A DNA stretch of 63,718 bases, filler included, from Folioceros fuciformis (lineage: Eukaryota), in the NCBI GenBank assembly GCA_049999805.1. It is 7 parts of 7 records of this genome, joined end to end, with 100 filler letters (N's around TTAATTAATTAA, not from the genome) between each part and the next. Parts side by side here need not be neighbours in the genome. Positions count along the whole stretch, not along the records: positions 1 to 6,544 come from JBNGIO010004185.1; positions 6,645 to 18,391 come from JBNGIO010004186.1; 5 more parts are not named here. One strand, written 5' to 3'. Both the position numbers and the translations under genes were made by a program. Positions 1 to 12,875 of this stretch are shown here, piece by piece. The stretch's first letter is position 1. Each line of letters begins with the position of its first letter. Below the pieces are notes generated by a model, which was given only the letters and a program-made list of their open reading frames with translations, had not been told where the DNA came from and did not search any database.

Positions 1-2169
1 AATAGAAACAACATATTCATTAATGCCATCCGTAGTTAAAGATGACATTTTACTTAAAATTGTTTGAACGGGGATAGCGTTAGTTGAAGATCTATCTCCA
101 GCGTAGTTTTTCCATAATGCCAAATTTGTCTCTTGATTAAGCCAAGAATTTGGAGAAAGTTTGTTGAAGTCTTCTAAATCTCCAATAACTGAGGTAATCT
201 GAATGGAGGATAGTGAAAATCTATTCATATCATTCTCGTAGTCTCAAGGGATAAAATCATACATGTTTACTTTGAATTAATATAATGTAAAAAAAGCTGA
301 TATTTTAAGAAAAAGAAAATCAAAACTTACTTGGATGTAAGATATGAATAAGGAACCTAAAATACTTAGAAGCATGTTTCTTAAAAGTTTTGTCCTCCAA
401 ATAACTTTGAAACCTGCACAAGTTATAATAAATGACTAATTAATATGTATCATGATATAACTAGATCAATCTTAAAATAGAATTAAAATTCCTCAAGGCT
501 TTTCATTTTCATATGAAAAGTTTGTTCTTAATATTTATTTAGAGTTTAAAGTTGAATTAAAGTTTAGNNNNNNNNNNNNNNNNNNNNNNNNNNNNNNNNN
601 NNNNNNNNNNNNNNNNNNNNNNNNNNNNNNNNNNNNNNNNNNNNNNNNNNNNNNNNNNNNNNNNNNNAATGCACTAAGTTGTTCAGTCTTGAAGATTATC
701 TTAAGTTTTCTTTCTCATCATGTAAGAAACATAAAGTGATTGAACTTCCCTAGCCACAAGAGGACCAATCAAGCATTTGATGTAGTAACACAGTCTGTGC
801 AAACCAGCTCTAGGTCCTCAAAACTGCATTTTGTACTAATCTCTAGTTTATGCTATTGATATACTACCATGTTACATCAGTGCTTATGAGATGATGCAAG
901 AAATGTTCATAAAAAATTCTATTCTGACACAAAGCTCAACATGTCCAAGTGTAATGAGAATTCTATTGATAATTAAATTTGATCATAATAGATAATATCA
1001 TAAATTATATTATTCTTGTTGTGTAATAAGAACCACATATTTGTTATATTCCTATGTTAGAGGTTGAACAAACCTATTCTAAAACCTCTAATTAATCAAT
1101 TAAAGGGTATTTAGAAGGGAATTCGAAGTAAAGATTCTTTTAATTTATGTGCATGTTGGTTACACCTCATCATTTGCCAAAGATAGGAAGATCATCCTTC
1201 AATGTTTTCTATTCCAAAATGTCTCTAATGCTGTTGCCTTTATTCTATGACATCAACACTAGCAAAACAAACTTTTTTACCGATGAACTATAATAGACTA
1301 TCCTATGCCATCCTAAGTCTTTTGTATTTTTCTCAAGTAGTTCATTACCATGAATCCAACATACTAGAACACATCCCACATGCCAACACCACATGCATTC
1401 ACATTTGAAGTGAGATTGTAAATAATTTAAAGTCCTAAATCCTTTACATCAAATTTAGTCCAAGTTTTTAATGTATTTCTAGTATTATAAACTCATGTTC
1501 CCTTTACGTGCTCACTACATTTGTGTACCCATCTTTAGTGCCATTCTCAAACTCTTTTGTTTTCACCTCTCTAGTGTGGTGGAAGTTGACAAGTGAAGGG
1601 AATATGCGTATCAACAATTGAGACTAATACTAAAGGGCAAGAAACAACCATAATGCAGTAGATGTGCTATCTAGATAGGGATATTGCTGTTTCAAAAAAA
1701 ATTGGTTCAGGTTCATTTCTCTTTTCTATTCTTTTATTTTTCTCTTTCCTCTTCCTTTCTTTCACTTTTTTTGTTCACATGACTCCAACCAAATGGTCAC
1801 ACATATGTAAGCAGACAATAATTAAGCATTGTACACTTAGATTGTCACTAAGATGATGTGCTTAAAGAGAAGAATGCTCCAAGTACGAGTCGCAAGGTTC
1901 TCGGTACATGTTGTTAAATATTGTCCATACCATCTATATCGAAAATTCATCCTTAGTGGATTGTAATACACTTCTTCTTTTTCTCCGGTTTAAATAGAGT
2001 GGAACATTGAGGTATAAACTGTGTTTCTTCGAAGACCTTTCTTTTTGTAAATGAACTTGTATTAATCGATATATATATATATATATATTCTCTTATAAAA
2101 AAGAGATGGAAAGATGAGAGGAACAACCTGAGCCAGACCAAAGGCCAAATGCGGTACTAGCCCCTTCGA

Positions 2170-2305
2170 ACGTCATTCTCAAAAACTACTTATTACTTCC
2201 AAAATGTCCCAAAATGTCATGATATGGAATAACAAAACGTCATTCTCAAAAACTACTTATTGCTTCCAAAATGTTCCAAAATATCATGATGTGGAATAGC
2301 AAAAA
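2170..2305. repeat. Tandem duplication of a ~66-bp unit
   Basis: aacgtcattctcaaaaactacttatt(a/g)cttccaaaatg...catgat(a/g)tggaata occurs twice in tandem. Confidence 0.85.
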
Positions 2306-2539
2306 CCTACCTACCACTGGTGCCAAAGAAGCCACTTGACCTTCGCTCTTTGGCCAATGCTGTTTACAAAGTAAAGATTATTCTAAATGCAAAATAAATC
2401 ACATTAAGAAAAATCTTCTTTATAAGATTGATGGTTTATTTACACGTGTAAGGTAATTAAATTCCAAGTTTTCTTGAAAAAAAAGATCATTCCCCGTCTA
2501 GAGGGTGGATATTCTGGTAGATATCCATGAGAAAATACT

Positions 2540-2732
2540 AAAATATATAGAGAGAGGAAGTATCTTCTTAGTTATTCCATAACAACCATACACTCGGACA
2601 CTCTCTCACTGCAACTATTTTAAAATATATAGAGAGAGGAAGTATCTTCTTAGTTATTCCATAACATATATGTAAGTTGCGTGGATAGAGTAACAACCAT
2701 ACACTCGACACTCTCTCACTACAACTATTTTA
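2540..2732. repeat. Local duplication with an internal insertion
   Basis: aaaatatatagagagaggaagtatcttcttagttattccataaca and aacaaccatacactc(g)gacactctctcact each occur twice. Confidence 0.8.
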
Positions 2733-3348
2733 ATGGTTTTTCTTGTGGTATCTTAGAGAATATTCTTTTTTCGAATCCAAGTTTTCCATTTCCCGTACCA
2801 AACCGGTCCTGCTCCAAAGAGGGACATGGCTCAACGATTTGAACCACGTTACAGCCCAAAACGGGCTAGATGTTGGGCGGCCCGAGGGCAGAAAGCCCAA
2901 ACACCGCCTTAAACCATGGGACCGTGCTTGCACAAGGTTTGCTTGCTTTGGCCCTAAAACTCGCGTACGCACCAAATGGGACACGTAAACCCTGCGTTTG
3001 TAAAAAAAATTAGAGAGAGAGGCGACGCGTCCCCTTTTGCATGCCATACCCCAGTGTAGACTGGCGAGGATAATGTCGGCAACCACTAATCCACGTTTTA
3101 ACGCTGCTGGAGGGGGTACACGAAGAATCTTATGTATAACGTTCATATATGTAGGTTGCTTCGGTGCAGTAACAAGCAGAAAGAAACCGCGTCTGGACGC
3201 CGCGCTAGAAACCGTATAATAGCCAAGAACCATTGACCGGGCGTTGTATGAGCATCTTGCTCGTCTTCCATAGACGGCTGGGGAGCTTGCGGGATATTGT
3301 CTGTTTGTAAAGGGTAGTGGGGATAGCGCTTGCCTTCCAAGGAGCGCA

Positions 3349-3750
3349 ATGGGCGACCTAGGATTTGGAGCTGCTGTCATTGGCTTCGCTGTGATCACGA
3401 TTCTGGATACGCTTGCCCAAGCACTCAAAGATACTGTCAACCTCCCGAAGTATTGTGGGCAGTTGCATGTGTATGTTCTGAGGATCAAACCCCTGGTATC
3501 GGCAGCACAAGCTTCCAATTCTACGTCTGGCAGTCCGCAAGGTAACCTAATAAAGAGGCCCATTCACGGTTTGCTGATGTCCAGTTTCACGGTATGTAGA
3601 AGTTCTGATGGCCATGGCTATGCAGGCAATGGTGATACTCAGGTGAAGAAATGGCTGCAAGACGTCAAATTGGTGCTGGAAAAAGCTGATCTGCTGGTGG
3701 GCAAGTGCCGAGACCTGCCTGCTGGGAAGTTGAATTCTGTGAAGCACATG
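3349..3750 (+). pseudogene. Truncated gene with an RPW8/MLKL-like N-terminal helical-bundle domain, interrupted by a copia fragment
   Basis: MGDLGFGAAVIGFAVITILDTLAQALKDTVNLPKYCGQLHVYVLRIKPLV...KWLQDVKLVLEKADLLVGKC fits the RPW8/CCR/MCAfunc pattern (C..L...+.RI.P+; L...LEKA..LV.KC). GT..AG in-frame intron at about 3542-3625. Sequence switches to reverse-strand copia gag at about 3750. Confidence 0.55.
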
Positions 3751-4752
3751 TGGGAACAGCTCAAGTCGGTTAAAGCAATGTTGGTCTTGGAACTATGCCT
3801 TGCTTTAGTAACAACCGATGTGTTAGCGGTTTTAGTGTCGCGCTTGGGCTCACCAGCCTTCTTCTTACGGCATTCCTGCTCTCAATGACCTTGGGCTTTG
3901 CACCAAGGTCCCCTTACGTCTAGGGGTTGAGGAAGAATTTGATGTAGAAGGCCCATAGGAGGTGGTACCAGGAGTAGAAGGCCGATGATTGGCATTTGGC
4001 TTCCTGCTCTTGTTGAATGGTTGTCTACCTTTGGTGACAAACATCACCCTATCACCACCATGTTTTGAGGTGCCGGCATTGAACCTAGAAGCCTCTTCTT
4101 GTAAAAGAGCACGAGCTATCTCGGAGATAGAAATTGAAGGTGTCTTGTTAGTACGCACAACTTGATAAGCTTCACGTACAGTGCAATTCTATGAAGAAAC
4201 AAAAGATTGAAAGCTAGCTGGGAGGCTGGCTAGTAGCTGCACCGGAGCTTCGAATCCTGTTAATGGAGTCCCCCAAGTAGCAAGTTGAGCACGCAGATAC
4301 CGAAACTTGCTCACATGAGTAGCAACACTGTCAGAAGGTTGCATTGTTAAAGAATAAAATTCATTGCGAACCGTGACCAATGTCATTACGTTGGTGGATT
4401 GGTAAAAATCCGTGATCTGCCTCCAAGCTTCTGCTGAGGCGAGGGCACCATCAGTGTGATGGAGAGTGACTTCGTCTAGGCCAGAGATAAGCATGTGCAT
4501 AGCCTGTCTATCTTGCCTCCTCCATGAGTTGAGAACGGGTGAAGGTCCAGGTGGTTTCGGGAGAGAGCCATCAACGATGGCAAGAAGATCGCGAGTATTT
4601 AGAGCAGTCTTCATCCGCTTAGACCAAACTTCAAATTTGTTGCCATCAAAACGGTCTTTCTCCTTAAAATCCGTACTCACATTCATAACATTAATGATCG
4701 GAGCAGGAGGAGAAGGTGCCAGTGGTGGTGGTGGAGGTGGAGGAGTAGCCAT
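3751..4752 (-). mobile_element. Ty1/copia gag fragment (UBN2-type gag plus degenerate zinc knuckle)
   Basis: MATPPPP...FKEKDRFDGNKFEVWSKRMKTALNTRDL...LLASLPASFQSF, then ALLQEE and a frameshifted knuckle (GH.EQECRKKKAGEPKR); contains stops. Confidence 0.88.
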
Positions 4753-4906
4753 CTTCAGTAAACTTGTGATTATTGACAGAAAGCTGACTTTGTGATTATT
4801 GACAGAAAGCTGACTTTGTGTTATGACGCAAAACCAAGAATTTGCGTCAATAACCACGCATATAAATGTAAATAGAGATGTACTACTCACAATAACCGTA
4901 CCACAC

Positions 4907-5233
4907 TCACAACATGGGCTCAGAGGGCCCAAAATCAAGTTCAGTGTTAATGTGATTCACAAAATCAAAAGTGGATTCGATTCGGCGAACCATTTCAGCA
5001 ATAGAAACCAAATTGGCGTTGATTTGTGTGATTGAATGCCAAAGAGCTTGATACTGTTGGGTACGTTGTTCCTGTATTGTATCTCTTGCTTGTGCCTCAC
5101 AAAGTTTGTACTCCTTGTAGGTTGTCTCCAGATTCTCGAAAACAGGAGTGAGTTCCTCTCGCTTGATCTCAGATGTCAAACTTGGAAGAGAATCAGCTTG
5201 TACAAAGACTTGTGGTGGTGGCACACAATGCAT
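4907..5233 (-). CDS. Helical/coiled-coil ORF immediately upstream of copia gag (putative element accessory ORF, 5' end lost)
   Basis: Open 108-aa frame on the gag strand ending about 150 bp before the gag ATG; same position as the ORFs at 14769 and 25487. Confidence 0.4.
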   Translation of the reverse strand: MHCVPPPQVFVQADSLPSLTSEIKREELTPVFENLETTYKEYKLCEAQARDTIQEQRTQQYQALWHSITQINANLVSIAEMVRRIESTFDFVNHINTELDFGPSEPML

Positions 5234-5269
5234 AGCAAGTAGTCTCCATCGTGGAGGTAAGCTCGGATC

Positions 5270-6544
5270 TGTCGAGAAAGGCAGTTAGGGCAGAGGTCTC
5301 CATGGCCAAAAGACCAACCCCTCGAAAGGCGATTGGCAAAGAAGCCTGCTTCCGAGCCAAATCACCGACGGCATACTCGAAGGTGCTCGGACCTATGATG
5401 TTTCCCAGAGCCTGCATAACTTGATTGTCAAACTTCCTGAGACTTGATAAGAAAAATAGAGAAGGCACAACAGATCTAGTGAGGTAACCTGGTCGCCGTG
5501 CAACACAAGAAGAAAGGATACCAAACGCAATATGAGGATCACCGATTTGTGAGAGGTCCATGATATGAGCCAAATCTTCATCAACCGCTTCATCCACAAA
5601 CCTATGAACAAAATCAGGAGGTCCTACAGGCACAACCAAGACTCGAAGTCCCTGCGAGGGGGTGATATCCCCTCCTAAATATTGAAGGGGGGGAGTGATG
5701 CTTGAAGGGGACCAAACCCTGCATTTAGATAGCTTGACCCGCAACCCCACCTTGGAGAGCTCTGATGAGAAGAAATCAAATGTTGCTTTAACTGTGACTT
5801 CTTGCCCAAGAATATGAGTGTCATCAGCCACGGAAGGGAAAAGGCATTCCCGAAATGCTAAGGCGGTAGAGGACAATGCACGAAAATGTGCCATTGCAAA
5901 AAGAGCACCCCCCAGCGGATCCCCTTGCCTTGTGCCTATTGCTGAATCAAAAACTGAGACCCCCTCAATAGTCGGGCTGTGCTGGTAGTAAAGCTTGGAT
6001 GGCAAGCCATAGGAGGAACGAACAAAAGGGATAAGACTTGCCAATTGACCTCCTGTACTCTTGAGCTCCGAGAAGATGGCAACCCTAGAGACGGTGTTGA
6101 AAGCATTCTCAATATTAACCTGCAAAGCTACCCAGTGAGGATGTAGCTCAAGGGCCGCCTGAATGCCGAGAGCGGCAGATTCACACCCACATGGGGTAGC
6201 AATCCCAAATTGGTGGGGTGCAAGATACGCTTGGAAGTGCTCTCGAAGTTGAATTGCAATACTTCGGCTGATAAGGCGCAAAAATACCTCTCCCACAGCA
6301 ATAGGGCGCACTCTTGAGGTGGGCTTTTCCAATGCAAGTAGCCTGCTAGCCGCCAAAACTTGAGAGATTCGATTGGGAACTTCGCCCCTAGCCACAGCAG
6401 CTGCTAGTGTATAAAGCTCCGAAAAACTACTTGAGGGATCTTCAGAAGAAAAATAATCTCGAAAGTGGTCATAAACTGTGCCAGACAAACCCCCCGAAGA
6501 AAGTCGCGGCGCAGAAGAGAGTGCATGCCCAAAAACAACCCTAT
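5270..6544 (-). mobile_element. Non-LTR retrotransposon reverse transcriptase, CRE-like, degenerate
   Basis: ASRLLALEKP..VRPIAVGEVFLRL, HQFGI...GCE, QVNIENAFN (catalytic D replaced by N), GTRQGDPLG..LF, SVADD, LRVL.VPVG, QASLPIAF.GVGL. Confidence 0.85.
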
Positions 6545-6644
6545 NNNNNNNNNNNNNNNNNNNNNNNNNNNNNNNNNNNNNNNNNNNNTTAATTAATTAA
6601 NNNNNNNNNNNNNNNNNNNNNNNNNNNNNNNNNNNNNNNNNNNN
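6545..6644. other. Artificial contig-join linker (Ns + TTAATTAATTAA + Ns)
   Basis: Six-frame stop linker embedded in Ns; the same structure recurs six times in the window. Confidence 0.97.
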
Positions 6645-9600
6645 AGCAAGCAGTTAGCCTTAACAGAGAAAAGGCTTCTTATGTCCTGGAAATGGCGGAG
6701 CAGCAATTCTTGCTTGGTGAATTTGACGCAGCTCTCTGCTCTTACCGGTTTGTTGCAAATTTTGACACCAGGGTGACTGCTTGTGACTATGTATTCTGAT
6801 TTTCTCGTACATCTGAGTATGACGTCCATTTGCTATGTAGTAAAGACTTGTGATAGGGGCAATTTGCAGGTTAGCAAGTCAGATGAATTGTTTGGACCTC
6901 GAGGCTTCCTATGGAGTGGTCCAGTGTCTTCTGATACAAGAAGAAGTGAAGGAGGCTGAATTGCAACTACAGCTCATGGTTGAAATATCCGTCTCTATGG
7001 GCAGATCTTGTAGTCTGACCTACCTTCTTGCTCAGTTGAATTGGATAAGTGGTGAAGATGTGAAGGCATGTCTGGACCTGTTGGATGAAACCTTCAACTT
7101 ACACAAGCAGGTACGGACAAGGTGACTTTACGAAGTCCTTTCCGAGGCCGAGTCTTTGTGTTGGAACGCCTTGTGGCGCAAATGACAATGACCTATGGCT
7201 TGCAGGGTGTTCCTAAAAAGTTTGACTATGAATACTTCACGGATCTTAATATGGACAGGTTGTTTGGGATAGCTTATCTATACTTATCCCTATCAGGGGC
7301 CGCATCCCAGGAGGTGAAAACATATGCCTTGGGACAAGCTGCTCACGTACTTGAATACTTGAACAATGCAATTCCGAGTTCTGTGGGCGGCCATCTTATG
7401 CTAGCCCATGTGATGTTTAAACTGGGAAAGCTTGGGTCTACTTTGGACTCCCTTGAGTACCTCCTACGTTTGGACTCTTCGTGTGCATCCGGTCATTTGT
7501 TGCTAGCACAGGTTCCACCCTGCACAATTGTCGACTCTTCACAGTTTTTCCATCACGCATCCCTTTGAAATTATGTAAAGCATTTGCAGGTATATATGTG
7601 CGAAAATAAATACGAGCTGGCTAAGCAAAGTCTTGAAGAAGCTTTGAGTAATGATTTTGCAGTCCGCGATACGATAGATTATCTTGTAATTCATGCCAAA
7701 GTTCTTATGAGTACAATGGATTTTACTGCTGCCAAAAAGGTGCATGCACAATTGTTTGCATGATTATAATGCGATAGGATTTAATCAAATTATTAATATC
7801 AAACATTCATTTGATATGGTTGAAGACTTTGCTATCATGCTAAGTAAGATCTAATGAGACGTTGGACTAAATGAAGTGCAATATAATGAGGCAGGCACTA
7901 GAACATGCCTTGCTACTTTCAGAATCAGAAGTTAAAAGAGGTCAATTGATGTATTACAAATATCCTGGCACAATGAAGCATTTAAATATGATGGGTGATG
8001 ATACAGCTCACATTTTTATGCTCTTAATAGATCTTGACTTAAAATTTGGTATGATAGAAGAAGCAACAATGACAATCCAAAGGGCGAAACCCTTTTTTGA
8101 AGGAACTTCTGATAGAGTAATGAAAAATTTCATATTGAAGAATAAGTTGGGGCAAGGTTAATGAGTCAAAACTATTTGAATTTTAAGTCGGTATCTTTGT
8201 TTTAGGAGCAACTTTTATTAGCAACTTCTGATCTAGCAATGATACAAGCTAATATAAAAGGTGGGCTTCAAATACTTCAACAAGTTTCTAGCAATAGCAA
8301 CCATTACATCCAAGCAAGACTTATTATGGCAGAGATATATCTGAAATACCAAAATGATAAAGCTATGTTCATAAATTGTTACTTGGAGGTGGTTGATAAG
8401 TTTTACAATTCACAGGTTACTATGAGTTCTTTAATTCTTCACTTACTTGACTTAGCTGATGTTTAAAAAAATTTTATTATTTAATAAGATTTAATATGTG
8501 TAAAATAAATATGATTGTGACAATCAGATGTTAATATTATTGAGTGATGCTTTCATGAAAATTAATGCACCTGAACGAGCAATTCTTTCCTATCAAATAG
8601 CAATAGAACAAGGTTTGGAAGATCCATTATTAGCCACAAAGGTAGCAGTTGCCTTTGTATCCATGCATGAATACAAAAAAACCATTGTGCAGTATGAAGC
8701 AATTCTAAAGACTACTTCACATGGTTTTGTGAAATACGGAATACAATATGAATTATCAGGTAGGTTAGTGAAAGTCACATTCATGGCATACATACATTAT
8801 CCTTAGGCTCTATAGAATACAATCATTAACATAAGCTTGTTATCCAGATTTGCAAGTTGCATTAAAGAACTACGAGTATGCAAAAAACATATTAATCACG
8901 TTACTTAAAGAACTTGAATCTGAGTTCGAGTCCTCCAAGTTGGGGATGGTTGAGAGCCAAAAGTTCTTATCGTTATGTGTGAAATCATCTTTACTCCTTT
9001 TAAGAATAATAAATATGGAAGACCAAAACAAAGTTAGAGCAAATGTTTGTCGACTCTTTAATGAACTTCTATTCATTCATGATGTTTGATTCCTTGATAT
9101 CCCTAGCAAGGGCTTGTTTAGAATTTTGTAACATTCCTACAAGTAGATCTTTTTGAGTTTGATCATATCTAGACTTTGAATTGTAATAGGTTTCCTATGC
9201 TATGCAATTCCTCGACATGATTATTGAGAAATTAAGATTTCACATAAAATCTAGTTTACATAGTAGTACATATGCAAAGATCTGCGTTCAACTTTCACAG
9301 GTGGGAATGTTCTCACCTTTCTATAATTAACTCTTAATCATATCCATGTTCTGCTGCACATATGTAAAAGCATGATATAATCTTTTTAGGAATGTGAAGT
9401 GCAAAGTTACTTAGACAAAATTATTCTTTTACTTCACGAAGCCTTAAATTATAATCCCCAAGATGCAGAGCTCTCAATAGCACTTAGTAAAATTCATTTT
9501 GAAAGGTAAAAAAAAAAAAAGATTTCTTTATGTATAGTTAAATTAATTTATTGTGATGGTGTTTTTTTGGGGAAGTAAAGACATTTGAAGTCATCACTCA

Positions 9601-11095
9601 CTTGATTTGATAGGTCAGAAATTGTTGAAAGTGAAGGATGGTGCCTAAAAGCATTGAGTGCAAACCCTTTTGATGCAAAAGCAAAATTTATTCTTGCACA
9701 AGTCATGTTATCCAAAAGACAATATCAATGTGCTATTATGCACTTTAAGCAAATTCTTGAGACCCAACCAAATGATTATATCTCTCTCGCTCAGGTTCAT
9801 ATACTTTAATTATCACCGATTAAAGTTTTGATCACTCACTCAAACTACATAATGGAAAGAGAAAAACACTTGCAAACTAAAACATTTGTTGTATTCAGCT
9901 CGTGCAGTTGTATCGTAAAGTAGACCAATTGGAGAGTGTCCTACCATACTTAAACCGTACACATGGTTTATCATCAAAATCCCACACTCATACAGGGTTG
10001 CAATATTGTAGAGGACTCTATGCTCGATACTCAAACAATCCGTCTAAAGCTCTTCAGGTTTAAATGATTGTGTTATACAAGATATGGATGTTGTTTCAAG
10101 CATCAAAAGTACACTAAATTTGAACATGTTGATTGTTCATACTAGATACTTAATACATCTCGGAGTGATCCATATTGGGGAAAACATATTATTTATATGA
10201 TGATAGAGTTATATCTTAATATCGATGAATTTTTTAGTTGGGAACGGATCAATTCCAGGTGTAATTGGCAAAACCACACACAAGGCATAAAAGCTGCTTC
10301 AAGGCTATTAGTTGAGACCAGGTTTGTTTGTACATCTTAAGATCAAAAAAAGAGTATTCATCAAAAAATATATATATTCACTTCATCTTTTGTTGGATAG
10401 GAAAATTGGCCCTTATACCGCAAAGCAAATTGTTTTTGAGTGTTATACAAAGATGGCCACAGGTGTTAAGAAAGATGTAGAATATGCTCTAGGCCAATTA
10501 AATCTAATTAAAGACAACCACCTTGGTAATGTGTCTATTTTATTGGCCATGGCAATTGCCTTCAATTTGTTATCACAATCAGTTAAAGCCAAGAATCAAT
10601 TAAGACAAATTTTAAAACTTGAATATAAGTGGGAAGATGCTGATGATTTTGAACGTGCATGGTTGATGCTTGCTAGCCTCTACGTACAGGTACCTAGTCA
10701 TTTTTTGTTTTTTTTTTTAATATGAGCTTGCTCTGTATTAAAAACTTTTCTCTTGTTTGTTCTATAAATAGGCCCAAAAGTATGATTTAGCTGAAGAGTT
10801 ATGTACAAGGTGTCTAGAGTACAATGGATCTTGTGCTAGAGCTTTAAAGTACTTAGGACTCATCAAAGAGAAAATTTATGCTCATGCTGAATCTATTAAG
10901 TTTTATGGAAAATCGTTAAGATATTATAAAGGACTATCACCTATGGTTGGGTACCAGCTAGCATTTAATTATGTCAAAGATAGGCACATGATCCCTGCAA
11001 TTTCTATATGTAATAAGATAAGAAAGGCTTACTCAGGTCACCAAAAAATGAAACAAGAGCTCATTGACAAAGCACGTAGTCATATACGAGCTTGA
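6645..11095 (+). CDS. IFT139: Intraflagellar transport complex A protein IFT139 / TPR protein TTC21B (multi-exon, 5'-partial)
   Basis: TPR exons separated by short GT-AG introns. The C-terminus ERAWLMLASLYVQ|AQKYDLAEELCTRCLEYNGSCARA...GYQLAFNYVKDR...ELIDKARSHIRA* matches the TTC21 C-terminal signature. Stop TGA at 11093-11095. Confidence 0.92.
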
Positions 11096-11551
11096 TGTCA
11101 CTCAAAGTTTTGATCAAAATGAACATAATCTACCATGTATACTTCTTACTTCAAAGAAATACGCAAATAAGTGGTATCTAATCATCCACCTTCTTCTTTG
11201 TCTTTACTTTGCTACTTCATTTTTCCTTTTGCTAATGCTAACTAGTTTTCTAGTTTTAAGGGTGGTGCTATCATGGATTGTCTTTTGATCAAAGGCATAA
11301 AAAGAATAAAACGGAATTACCCTAATTTATGCATCCTTGGTGGCTCCTTATTATACAACAGCTAAAAGAAGCTCCATCCATCTAATGAGAGCCACTCTCT
11401 ATTATTGTGAGACTCACTAGCTTCTTAAGTATAAGACTAATATGTGAGATCTTAAAGTATAGGTTCCTGAAAAAAAAATGGTGGGTCAATTAAACATATT
11501 AAATTAAATCATTACATTTTTTTTTGTATGTGTTCAAGAAATAAACTTAAA

Positions 11552-11591
<40 letters not shown>

Positions 11592-12499
11592 TTTTTTGAA
11601 AGTGAACCTAACTATCTAAAAGACATTACTGTTCATTTAAGCTCGTAACCTTAATGAAGCATTGTCCTCTCTCAGCTTATTTCTGACTAGAATATACCTA
11701 TACCTATATAAATTAGACATAACCCTAAACCATAATGGTCAACATATATACATAAATCTATTATAGTCACTCCCACTTATTACATAAGTCCTTAATGCAG
11801 GCAATGACACATTTGTGTTGTAGAATCTTTCTTTTCTTGTTTGTTCATTCTATTTTGTAGCTTTTTTTTTTTTTTTTTTTGTAGTTAATAACTAACTCTT
11901 ATATTTTAGCACCTAGAGAACAAACATTGCATCATTAATTTGGATTTTTTGATCATTTTTTTATGCCAACCCTTTTGTACCCAATATGAGTACTCACATG
12001 CAACCAACCATTTTCTAGACACATATCTTTACATCAAATTTTATCCTAAATAAAGGTTTCCATGAACCAGTGCTATTTGTTTTTTAATCTTCATATCTGT
12101 GAATAGACAAAAAGGAAACCTTTTGGTAAACTTGGCAAGCTTTGAAAAGACTTTTGAAAGCTCTTCGTCTCTAGGTAGGAGTAGACTTTAAGCCCAAGGA
12201 GACCTTGATTAGACCGCAGCTAACAAAGTGCCCAACCAATGACATGACAACCACAAATTGGGAACTCATATTCTCTTGCACAATTAATCTCAAGGTGTAC
12301 AAAAGTGAAAGAGCAATTGCAACCTAAGTAGATAAGGCTTCTTTGTTGCTTAAGAGCTTAAATACCGTAGGCAAGGAATTTGGAACTGAAGGAGAGCCTT
12401 CATAGGAGAAGGCGTTGTCATCTTCAGCTGCATAAGTGAAAGAACTCAAGTAGGTGTAAACCTATATTGTTACCTATTATAATGACATTCCTATGCCGC

Positions 12500-12838
12500 T
12501 CCACTATGCCACTCCTACACGGCTTCTTCATACCACTTCTACACCGCTCAATCATATTGCTAAATTATACTGCTCCTACTCCACACGATCATACTGCACC
12601 TACATTACTCGTACCATTGTCATAGTGCTCAATCATACCGCCCTTACATCACTCTTGTACAAAGTGGTATGGGATGACAAGCAAAAAGGTGATGTAAGGG
12701 TGGTATGATCAAGCACTATAGCGATGGTATGAGCCATATAAGGGCGATATGATTGTGTGGTTTAGGAGCAATATGATAGAGCAGTGTAGGAGTGGTATGA
12801 CTAAGTAGTGTAGGAGCTGTGTAGGAGTGATGTGGAGT
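12500..12838. repeat. Imperfect long inverted repeat (foldback/MITE-like)
   Basis: The left arm catagtgctcaatcataccgcccttacatcac pairs with the right arm gtgatgtaagggtggtatgatcaagcactatag; the outer arms cactcctacac / gtgtaggagtg also pair. Loop at about 12658-12681. Confidence 0.75.
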
Positions 12839-12875
12839 CCACATGATGAATGGATCCCCTGGAAAAATGGTAGTG

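Noticed and set aside
50-414. Minus-strand exons with a Ulp1-like LSPNSWLNQE motif
   Set aside because: Splice-like signals are present, but the frame is short, hits a stop and lacks catalytic motifs; insufficient support.
2730-3563. 277-aa minus-strand ORF
   Set aside because: No recognisable domain; overlaps the promoter and first exon of the plus-strand gene; likely a chance frame.
6589-6600. TTAATTAATTAA palindrome recurring six times as a possible recombination or regulatory site
   Set aside because: Always centred in ~100-bp N blocks; a standard artificial six-frame-stop linker.
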